A stretch of DNA of 63,674 nucleotides, counting the filler. It is 12 parts of 12 records of this genome, joined end to end, with 100 filler letters (N's around TTAATTAATTAA, not from the genome) between each part and the next. Parts side by side here need not be neighbours in the genome. Positions count along the whole stretch, not along the records: positions 30,243 to 40,794 come from SRR7504441_2019; positions 40,895 to 44,146 come from SRR7504441_2020; positions 44,247 to 49,190 come from SRR7504441_2023; 9 more parts are not named here. One strand, written 5' to 3'. Position numbers and translations under genes: made by a program. Every line of letters begins with the position of its first letter. Within the stretch, counting starts at the first letter, position 1. Below are positions 38,270 to 49,290 of this stretch, in pieces. Under the pieces are notes generated by a model. That model did not search any database. It was not told the origin of the DNA and worked only from the letters and a program-made list of their open reading frames with translations.

Positions 38270-40597
38270 ATGGACAAGGAGCAGGAGGCTGAGGCTGGAT
38301 CGAGCGAGGCCAAGGAGAGCACGGGAGTCCTGAGGAGGAGCCTCCGCATCCGCAACACCAAGAGCCCGAGGTCTCCCCCCCCGCAACCTGCGGGCGTGCT
38401 CACCTCACCCCCTTTTGTCACAGAGTGGACGAGGACAAGGAGAACGTGGTGAACGGAAGCACGCCGAAGAAGCTGAAGCAGAAGCGCGCCACCCGATCGC
38501 GGGCGAACAAGCCCGAGTGCGTCCCGACAAAGGTGCGCTTGCGAACCCCGCTCTGCCAGCCGCCCTGACCGCGCCCGTGTGCTGCAGGACCCGTTCACCA
38601 CGCTGCAAGAGGACACCGCTGATGAGGTGCTCCAGTGGCTGCATCCCGAGCAGGCCGTCAACACTGCGCTAGTTTCGAGTCATTGGCGCCGACTTTCTAG
38701 TCATCGCAGCCTGTGGCTGAGCCTGAGGCGCAAGTACCCACCTGGCGAGGAAACCGGCGTCTACTGGCGAGTCTTCTACACACCAACGCCCAACGTTGAC
38801 GCGGGAAGCGGTGATGAAGCACGGTGCTACCGCATCCGCGACCGAGCGACGGGCGAGATTGTGCTGGCGAAGTGTGTTCCAATCAGTAAAGAGAATGGCG
38901 TCAGCAGATGGCTCCTGCGAGAGGCGGCAATCCTGTGGGACATGAACCATCCGTGCATAGTAAAGCTGAAAGGCGCAGTAGTCGACAAGGAGAACGCTTG
39001 TCTTTTCTTCCAGGACTGCGGCAGCACTAATCTTCACAGGATCGCATGCAATGGGGACAACACGCCAGCCACCATCAGTGCAGGCGAACCTGTTGAGGCA
39101 GCCAAGATTCCTCTGGACCAGCTGCGGACGCACATGTTCCGTATCCTGTCCTCTGTAGCAGAGTGCCACGCGCACCAGATCATTCACCGGAACGTGAAAC
39201 CAAGCAAGTTCCTCGTCGACGATGGTGGTGTTTGTTGGATGACCTCGTTCACATCCTCTCTCGTCAATGGAGGCTGCATCAAGCCGCGGCAGCTAATGCC
39301 CAGGATGGGGACGACCCAATACCTTGCTCCTGAAGTTCTGCTTGGTGCGAGTGAGCTGGAGCTGGACTACACTGAATACACCGAGAAAGTCGACATGTGG
39401 TCCGCTGGACTGATCCTGGCAGAAATGGCAGCCGGTGGGCCGCTGTTCGTAGTCGACAGCGAAATCGATCTGCTCTTCTCCATCTTCCGTCTGCTCGGCA
39501 CTCCGAACGAAGAAAACTGGCCTGGGGTCTCCAACCTGCCCTGCTCCATTGAAAACTTCCCAAGTTGGGCTCCGAAAGCACCGATTGCAGACATCTTCGG
39601 GTTCCTCGGACCTGACGGCTGCCACCTGTTGAGCCGGATGCTGACATACGACGGCTCGCGCCGTATTGGAGCATTTGAGGCACTTCGTCACCCATTCTTC
39701 ACTAACCATGGACATGTACCCAAGGTTCTGCCGCTGGATCCGGTTCCCTCTGTAATGAAACAGCACCTGACGGAGACTCAGTGCATTGTTTGGGCAACCT
39801 TGCTCAAGCGGGAGCAGGCCATCCCAGCGCTGAAAGATTTCCTCGCTGAGCAGGACTCAGAGGACTGTGAGCAAGTGACTCAGACAATGCGAGCTATCCT
39901 GATCGACTGGCTGAACGAGATTTCTTACTCGTGGTTCATGCGCGCCGAGCGCCGAGCACTCCATGCGGCTGTGTCGTGCCTCGACCGCTACCTGGCCAAG
40001 GCTCACGTCACCAAGGACAACCTGCAGCTCGTCGGTGCCACATGCTATGCCCTTGCAGCAAAGCTCGAAGAGGCCGAAGTCATATCTGCAGCTGGATACG
40101 TGACAATCTCTGACAGCGCCTTCACCGAGGACGAAATGCGCGACTGTGAGATGGCAATCGCACACACCCTGCAGTGTCAAGTCGGACTACCCACCGTTGC
40201 AGACTTTGAGCCACTGGTCGCGGAGACACTGGCCCTCGAATCTGGGAATGATGTCTGGGCTGACTCAACTGTCGTGCTCCTCGCGCAAATGCTGAGCGAC
40301 GCAATGCTTCTCGGATATCACGTTGGCGATCACCAATGGCGCCCATCCACCATCTGCTGCACTGCTTTCACTATCTCGTCCTTAACGCTGTCCGACAAAG
40401 TCCCAACAGCCATCCTGAATCCCAAGGAGGTGGGGAAGATCGTTGGCTGCGTCGAAGACATGTATGCTGCCTTTGACAAGGTCAACACGACCAGCCTCAG
40501 GCACACCACCTCGAACCCCAAGTATCAGAGAATCCGTGACACTTCGCTCACTGACAAGCAGAATGTCATCTCGGCGCTTGAATCTATCCGAAAGTAA
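38270..40597 (+). CDS. F-box-like, CDK-like (probable pseudokinase) and cyclin-box fusion protein (about 739 aa); introns 38371-38423 and 38533-38587
   Basis: F-box-like LQEDTADEVLQWL...LVSSHWRRL...LW; CDK features LLRE, YLAPEVLLG, DMWSAG, DSEIDLLFSIFRLLGTP; cyclin box MRAILIDWL...LDRYL...LQLVGATC..LAAKLEE, all in one exon. Confidence 0.9.
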
Positions 40598-40894
40598 GCG
40601 GCCACCAGAGAGACTGACACAGTCTCGCAACTTTTGCAAACTTACTGGCAACCTGACGTGTTCGCTGGTCCTGATTGGAAAGGTGTGTAGAATACAATGC
40701 GTACCACCACGTGAATGAACGTGTACTCCCCAAGCGTGATCACTCATGAATCCGACTCATCAAAGATGATACGAAGTGAGCTCATGTGATAAACNNNNNN
40801 NNNNNNNNNNNNNNNNNNNNNNNNNNNNNNNNNNNNNNTTAATTAATTAANNNNNNNNNNNNNNNNNNNNNNNNNNNNNNNNNNNNNNNNNNNN

Positions 40895-43749
40895 GATCGA
40901 GCAGGCGCGCGAGGCGGATCAGCAGGCGAGTATTTGGGGTTAGGCAGGGGTTGGGTGGATGTTAGACCGGCCTAGGTTAGGTTATTTACTAGTTAGGCCA
41001 AGCCTGGTGCCGGCTGAACTGAGTGTATTGAGTTTAGGCTGCGGCTGAGGCGGCGGAGGAGGCGGACAGACGGCTGGCAGAGGCGCAGGAGCTCTGGGAG
41101 AGCAAGTTGAACGCTGCGGAGATCGCGCAGGCCGAGTCGGAGGCAGCGCTGGTAGAGAGGATTGATTTGCTCGAAAAGGGGGTCGAGTGGTTGAGATCGG
41201 AGTTGAGGGCAGGGGGGGCTGCTGGACAGGAAGGGGCCACGGTGGCCATGGAAGGGCTAGAGGATCGTTTTACGGCGCACAAGGAGGAGGAGAATAAGCT
41301 AAACAGAGAGGTTTCGTCGCTTCAGAACCAGGTGCTGACGCTCCAGGAGAGCTTTATGGAGGCAAAGCACACGGTGGATGTTTTGAGCGAGCATGATGTC
41401 ATGCTGCAAGAGGCAGTGTCCTCGCTGCAGAAGCGCGGACCTGGGCCTAAAGTGGAGTTGGCTGACGGGGAGCGGAGTCTAGTTGCTGAGACGCAGCTGC
41501 TTGTAGAGGCGTTGGACACCCGCTGCCACGATAACGAGTGGCTCGTGAGGAAGCTCGAGCAACAGGTGTCGCAACTGTCGGCGCTGCAGAAAGTAACCGA
41601 CTCCAAGCTCGGTCCCATGCAGGAGGAGCTCAGCCGTAAGGCTGATGCAAGAGGGCTTGAGGGCATGATCCACGAGCTCGGGTTCACCAAGCAGGCACCG
41701 CAGTATCAGACGAGTTTGGTATCTAGCCAAGAGCCAAAATTACTTGACAGAGCAGCGACTAAGGACATTGGGTTCTATGACGAGCCAACTAATAGCAACT
41801 CTGGGCCAGTGCAGAGCTCAGCTGAGACACTTGAGGCAGTGAATGGGCTGAGGCTTCAGCTGAACGCCCAGACATTGCAGCTGGGCGCTCTGCGGAGCAA
41901 AGTCTCCTGTGTAGTCGACCGAGCTGATCTGGAGGAGGGGTTGTTCGGGCTGGAAAATGCAATGCGTGAAGAGATGCATTCGGAGGGAGCAGTGCATGCA
42001 AAGGCAGTTGATGCAATGAAGCTGGAACTGACTCAGCTCGGGACACAGCTCAGTTCGCACGATGCTTTAATTGATGGAATCATCCCCAAGCTTCAAGGAT
42101 CTGTGCAGCCCAGGCCAGGCCCTCCAGCATCGCTCCCAGGGCCATCCTCAGAGGCAAAGCAGGATCATCCAAAAATCGACAAACTTTGGCTGCAGGTGCA
42201 AGCGCTGGAGGACAAAGTTCAAAGCCTAGTTGGGTTCAGCAATACTGCTGGTCTTGCTGCGGACACCCAAGATCTTAGTAAGGATATGGAATCGCTGCCA
42301 GTTTTGAGTGAGGGAGGAGACTCTGATGTAGAGGGCAGGCTGAACCATGTTGAGCTGCAGCTTGGTGCACTCGCTGCACAGTTACAAGAAGCACTAGAGG
42401 CTCAGACGGAAGAAGATATCATCTCCACCGCCGAGAAGGAGCTTGCTTCGACAAGTAATGCTGCAGAGCTGGAGGAGAAGCTCCACCAGCAACTGGAAAT
42501 GGAGCGAGAGAGTACTAGGCTGAGCATAAGTACAGTCACTGCCGGGTTGAAGGGTCTGGCTGGGCTGGTCAAAGGCCAGAACAAGGGGATTGACCAGCTC
42601 AGAGTCAAGTTACTCTCCACAGCTTACTCGATGAATGAGCTGCAAACAAAGACCGACAAACTTTGTGGAGACATCGAAGCTAAGATGAACAAGAGCGACG
42701 GGCGCTGGCTTGTTAATCAAGAGGAACTCAAGGGGATCGAGGACGCGTTGGACCGGTGCTCGAAAGCCGTAGCTACTAAGGCGGACAGGGCTACATTAGA
42801 CCAGCTATTGGAAAGCAGTGCAGCAGTGGTGGTGCAACAAGCACCAGCAGCAGAGAATATCAGTGCTGATCAGACCTCTGATGATCATGAGATTGAGCTC
42901 AGAGACGCGGCCAATCGGTCCATCGTAGAGCGCGACAGAATGGTGCAGCCAACACCATCTGCAGAGAAAGTCAGACTTGACGAAACCTTTAATGACCGTG
43001 AGCTTGAGCTGAGAAACGCTGTCAACCGGTCAATTGTGGAACTAAGACGGCAGGCGGAGCAGCTTCATACACTCCAACTGCTGTTGACACAAAAGTCTTC
43101 AGCTGACCAAGTTGAGATGCTGGCGAGGCTATGTGATCATCTTAAGCAAAAAGTTGATAAAGTCCCAACCATCCTCAAAGATGGCGAGTCTGCAATACAA
43201 TCTATGATGGAGGCATTGAAGCGGAGTGTATCAACGCTCTTCAAGGAGCAACGTCGTTTGGACGGGGCCCAGTCGAGAGAAATTTCTGAGCTGGACTTTA
43301 GGGTACAAACAAATTTTGATTCAATTCAAACGCTTCAGGCCTCAGGGGGCAATGGTAGACGTGGTAGCATTTCACCATCAAAGTCTCGGCGAGGCAGCCA
43401 CGCAGGTCAAGGGCAGGAGGAGCTCGTTACAGATGTGGCTGAGGCAGTTCACGGGATTTTTGCTCAGAAATTCAAGACTATTGACCAGAAGATGCAGTGT
43501 AAGGTAGATTCAAGTGAATTCCAGCAGAGGCTGCAACAGCTATTTGCGGCGTTGCAACGCGACATGAAGCACTCTTGGTCGCCTTCTCGAGAGTTGGGCG
43601 GAATGGGAGTGGCCACCCCCGAATCTAACCACTACATCACTGCGGCACTGCCAGGGCCGTCGCACTCCATAAATGCCAAGAGATACGCAAATCAAAGGCA
43701 TGTGCAGTCCGACAATAATTTCGTGCTCCCACGCTTGCAAAAGAAATAG
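40895..43749 (+). CDS. Large coiled-coil hypothetical protein, 5'-truncated; intron 40926-41037
   Basis: IEQAREADQQ joins AAAEAAEE in frame with the 880-aa ORF 41107..43749. Confidence 0.75.
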
Positions 43750-44373
43750 CGTAGAAACTAGCATGTAGTGTGATACCGTCACGATACAAAATAAATGTGA
43801 TACAAACATGCATATTTATTGTTGGCAACTAGAAGCAGCTCATAGGTCAGCTCGCTAGTAGAGCATGCCGCGCATCACTTTCTATCTCCTGATCGCTCGG
43901 TGCGTGACCACTGACAACCGAGTCGTTGCCACTCTCTACAGTGTCTCCGGCTGCAACCTTCAACTCAGCAGCTGCTTGCTCCTGCAACACAAATTCGGTC
44001 ACGATCGACACAGGACACCGGTCACCTCCTTTTGTTTCAGATAGTCTGCGTAGACCATCGTGAGGAACCCAATCGTGACCATCACAGCACCTGCACCTTC
44101 TTAATCAGGCAATCCTGTAGCTTAACACCTTCCTAATAAGGGAATANNNNNNNNNNNNNNNNNNNNNNNNNNNNNNNNNNNNNNNNNNNNTTAATTAATT
44201 AANNNNNNNNNNNNNNNNNNNNNNNNNNNNNNNNNNNNNNNNNNNNTGCTTTAGTCCGAACGGAAACACTTATTATTTTTTTCGATGTTCCGTTGAAATC
44301 TGCAGCCACTGCTCGAACCAAATAATATTTTCGGTCGTTGGCCTTTTCTTCGCTCATCAAAAAACAAGGAGCA

Positions 44374-45579
44374 ATGGCTAGATTTGCGGTATACCACCGA
44401 AACACCAACTCAAGCTCACCGTGTCGGCGCAGGTGGCGATCGTGGGCTTCGCACTTCTCTCGTTGGCTTGCGCGAGCAATGACGGTGCGCTTGGCTGCTT
44501 GGGGGACGGTCTTCTGAGAGTGCCGGGGGCAGGCGACATCGACTACCGGGTGAGCTTCCGCACGGACGCCCCCGAGGACCCGTCGGCCCATTGGACCAAG
44601 GAGTTGGCGGAGAGGTGCAAGGAGGCGACGTCGAAGGGGACCTTCACCATCGAGGTGCGCGCCCCAGCCAAACGACATCCGACCGCCGGGTCTAGATTGT
44701 GGGCGAGAACGGAAGCACCACCGGCCCCCAAAAGCTGGTCGAGGCCCCGGGCTTCAAAAAGAAGGACGACGGGGTGCCGCAGCCGCGGGCCCGACCGGCT
44801 GAGCCCGGCGGGGGCAGACTCTGGAGCTCCAGGCACCGGGCCACATTCAGTCGACGAAGATCCATGCCAAGAACGTCGGCCGGATCCAGAAGATCAAGCT
44901 CGCAAGCAAGAGCACCGACAAGTGGCAGCCAGGCTGGATCAAGGCATCCTGCGGCGGTCTCTGGTGTGCCAACCGGATGGGATCAGGTGAACGCCAACGA
45001 CTACCACAAGAATCACCGGAAGGGCAATGGTGGCTGGGCAAGCGTGCATGGGGCTGAGCAGCTTGTGCAGGCATCTATTACGGACAGATCCACGAGCCAG
45101 TTTCTCTTGGCGAGTCCGTACAGCTTGGAATCAAGGAGTATGGAGGAGAGATGCCCGGCGACAAAGCGCGTGCTCCGGCCAACCAGGAAGATCATGAGCT
45201 CGAGCTCTTCAAGTGCGAAGCCGCCTTCTGTAGGAAGCCCGAGCACCGGTGGGCATTCGGCGCAGCTTGAAGTTTGATGAACCGGGCGCAGGTTTCAGAC
45301 TGAGGGCGATGACGTGCCGCCTACCCACACTCACCATGATGAGAATGGATACCACTTTGGGCCTCTCGGTGCGCCTCACGGCTGGCTGTAGCTTGATTCT
45401 GACCCGGTTCGATATGGAGATTCTGATAACTGTGCGCAGGCGAGGGCATGCCTGGCACCCATGACGACCACTCGATGGTTGAAGGGCACTTCATGAGGGA
45501 GTTCCTGGATTTGGAGGGAAGCAGCAACCCAGAGGAGGATGTGGAGGAGGACTACCTCGGACTGAACCATATGCACTAG
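44374..45579 (+). CDS. Secreted PLAT/LH2-domain-like protein, multi-exon
   Basis: Spliced signal peptide MARFA|VAIVGFALLSLACAS; YRVSFRT...FTIE|IVGENGSTT...NVGRIQKIKL...DKWQPGWIK|V; acidic tail. Confidence 0.6.
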
Positions 45580-46109
45580 ACAAAGACGGTTGAATCGCTG
45601 GAACAGACTTGATTGAGATTTGAGGATACATGTACCGTACGTGGTTTGTTCAAGAGAGTATGACCTTATTATACATAACATTGATGATTCTAAACACAAT
45701 AAAGGAATTCAAGTGTGCTGTAGTGTCGTTGGTATAGTGGAGCTGTTGTGGAGCCCCGCGTATACAGCCACGAATTCTTGAATGATGATCAGTTAATTGT
45801 TCTGAGTCAACATATAATTCCGTAATTCAACCCCGCCATCGGAACCCTTTTGATTGATGATGAGACAGATGAGGTGTAGTAATGATCAATACACAATGTA
45901 TACATGTAATCATAATCTATATATAAGTACTCGTACGAGTTCGTACCAAGAATTGTATGAACTGTGCAAACTATGCCTACTTACTGCGTAGTAACTGCGT
46001 AGGTCACGGGTAGGTTACTCGTAGAATCGTGACATAAGTCATTGTACACACGACGTCTTCAACGTCTTGGTTCAAAATGCTCGCCATTTGCGGATCATCG
46101 GATGACCGA

Positions 46110-48928
46110 CTACTGGGCCTGGGCTGCTGCTTCCTTGAGTGCCTTCTCCTTCTCGTGTTTTTTCACTCTCTTCTTGCCTTCCTTGAGGCCATCCCGTGCT
46201 GTTTTGATGAAGGCTTGGGCATTCTTTTGCGCCCAGGCATCCTCTTTCTCTTCTTCCATGTCCGCCTCAGCTTTCTGGATGGCAGAAGTCACAATCTCCA
46301 CACAGTGCTTGTCGTGTCGCAGCATGTAGACCAAGTCCGAGACTGAGTCATGCACTGTCAGCTGCAAAGCCTCATTCAGGCTGTCGATTGCCAGCTGAAT
46401 CTTAGGGGGAAATTCTGGTGGACCCTTCTTTTTCGGCTTCTCTTTGGAAGAATTCATGACAGCGAATGCTCCTCCTGCCAGTGCTGAGCCTGCTGCCTGC
46501 ACTGCTTTGCCAAACTGATGAGCAGCCTTCATCCCGGAATAAATAATAGTGATAATCACTGCTGCACCAGCCAAGGCTACTGACAGGTTGATCAGGAAGT
46601 CCTTGGGCCCAAAACCAGCCTCTTGCAACTCATGAGTGACACAATTCGAAAAGCCAGACTGCACCATCAAGATCGCTTTCTGCATATTTTTGCGCTTCTT
46701 CTTTGCTTTGGCCCTCTTTTCTTCGGGCTCTGAGGGATCCGGCTTTTTCAAGCGGAGTGCCATGAGCCGTTTGCTCAGGGCATCCACAAGATCATCCATA
46801 ATGATTTGTGCGTGATGAATCTCGCCGTAGACCTCATGAAGAATTCCAGCGAAGAACAGGTACTGAAAATACATGGTGGTCACCGTGCCGATGATCCCGG
46901 TGACCATGAACATGTTGGTGAACAGGTGGAGGATCAGCCCCATTGCACCCATCAGCGCAAAGACGAAAATCATCACTGCACTCAGCCAGAGCATGGTCAT
47001 CTGTAGGTACTGGAACCCACTCCAGGTAGTGAAGAAGAACTTGACCAGCGCATTGTCTGCTAGCATGGTCAAGAAACTGTTGTTGCTGGTATGAAACTCG
47101 TGCGAGATGTAATGGATGATCAGGCTGGTCAGAAGCACCCAGCCAATGACAGAAGAGATCAGCATGAACAAATGAAAATAGGTTACAACACTGTGCGGAG
47201 GCAGCATCCCTGAGTTCAGAGCGAAAACCCCGAATTCGTCCAGACCTTTCTTGAACAGCTCATTGGCAATCAGGATTGGCAGGCAGGTAAAGATCATCAA
47301 AAGCGAATGTGCAACTGTCTCAATTGTCCGTGTAACAAGTTGCGAGCACAGACCAGGCGGCCCAGAGGAAAGGTCCGGGCTTTTTGGAGCCTTCTTAGGC
47401 TTGCCACCCGTAGCGTACGCTCCCACCACGTGCAGTACCGACTGAGTCTCGTGAATACGAGCCCTGAGCTTCTTGTGGATCTTCTTGTTGGCTTTATCGA
47501 TTGCGGGGTGGTCATCGTGCACATCGCCCTCACCGTGCTCCATCTCGAGCTCTTTATCGTGCTCATCCTTCTGGGCTTCCTCTGCGTGGTGCTCGTCATG
47601 TACTTCCTCGAGGACTTCGTCATACATTCGATGGTGCTCATCGTTCTGCATGAACATCCCCTTGGCAATGTACTCCTTCAGGTATTTCTTATGCACGTGC
47701 TCGAGTGTGACCGACACTCCAATAGTCAGTGCAGTGGCCCCCACAATAGCGGTAAACAAGGTCGATATCACCAGCATAAGTGTTGTGTTGTACACCTCCT
47801 GTGCAGTGACAGGAACAAACTCAATCCCATACTCGTTCTGATAACGGAAGATGTTCATGCTGGTCCTCGTCACAAACGCGAAGTATCCGCCCTTGGGCGG
47901 CTTTTTGGGGTCCAGGTACTGGGTGAAGAGCGCCGTAACGCACTTGACCTTGTCGCCGCCCGTCTCGAAGCACTCTGATTCAGCGTGCGAGGCGGGGTCC
48001 AAGGTCAGCGCAGTGGTGAAGTAAACAGGGTCCATCAGTGTGCCCGAGATGGCGTGCAGCATGGCAGTCGGCAGCATCAGATAAAGCTCGCCGTGAGACC
48101 AGACCCAATCGCCTTCTTCCGAGCCAAACCATGGCCCTGGCATGTCAGTTGCTGTGAAAAAAACCAGGTCTGGATCCCCGGGCGGGGTGCCCTTGGGAGA
48201 GCCCTTCGGCACCTGGAACGCTGTGGCGAAGTGGGGCACCGAAGTTTTGACCCCCTTTTGATTCTTTGGGATCAGCTGAGAGGTGGAATTGTGCACTGTA
48301 AAACAGGCACAAGGTCAGAGCACAGTTGGCCAGAACAGGGATTGAACTAGCGGGCAAACAGGACGCTAATCCCACGAGCACCCGGATCTCTCCGTCGGGC
48401 GGCCCGCGGTCCTATACTAAATAAAGCCCCAGAAGCATACCGGCAAACATTTGGTGTGTGCCGATGTACCAGACCCACGCCACAATGATCAGCAGCACCA
48501 GCAGCGACTGGTATAGTGCAAGCCCCCGGTGGGTGTCGTGGTCGTGCTCTGCCGTCATGCACGCGTCCTCATCCGGCTTTGGCTTCCCCTCCGACTCGGA
48601 CTGGCTACCGGCCAGCGCCGCGTTCCTTCGGTTCTTGAAGTCCTCCACAGAACTCGGAGCAGGCCCGAGCCGGCGCATCTCCACGCCAGATTCGGGTGAG
48701 GGCGACGTGTCCGCGGTGCTGCCGTAGCTTTGTCTCCAGGCGTCCTTGGCCGCTCGAAGCTTCGAAGCCGAGTCGGGCGACTGGCGAAAATCGCGGCCCT
48801 TCCATTTGGCCCTGAACCCCCGATAGCCTGGCGACGAGCTTCGGCCGTCCTGCCAGCGACTCGAGGCAAACAGGCCGGCGGCGCACCTCCTCCTCTACCA
48901 GCCGATCGGACTCATTGCCACCTTCCAT
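46110..48928 (-). CDS. Hypothetical multi-pass membrane protein
   Basis: 728-aa ORF with several hydrophobic segments and a His/Glu-rich loop; upstream exons with short introns; start approximate. Confidence 0.65.
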
Positions 48929-49290
48929 CAAACGCTGGAGATCCCACTTCACGAGCGCAAAAGAAACGGCTTCTGTGAGAGCCAGGAGAGGGGGAGAGGG
49001 GACTGAAGTGGGAGCTGGCCTATAGCCCTATGCGGATGACATTGTGCATGTCGACATGACTGCTGAGGCTGTCTCAGTTGCTGTATCGAAGCTGTCGACT
49101 GCTTCGCTTCAGGAGGCAGACATGGTGGTCAACTCGGAGCTGAACGAGCTGAAATTCGGAAGGGGTCTCCTCAAGCCGGATCGGGCGAAGNNNNNNNNNN
49201 NNNNNNNNNNNNNNNNNNNNNNNNNNNNNNNNNNTTAATTAATTAANNNNNNNNNNNNNNNNNNNNNNNNNNNNNNNNNNNNNNNNNNNN

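Noticed and set aside
43830-44100. 3' exons of a minus-strand membrane protein (GAVMVTIGFLTMVYADYL)
   Set aside because: Plausible but too short and truncated to assign; the same applies to fragments at 17192-17610, 49057-49190 and 59895-60070.
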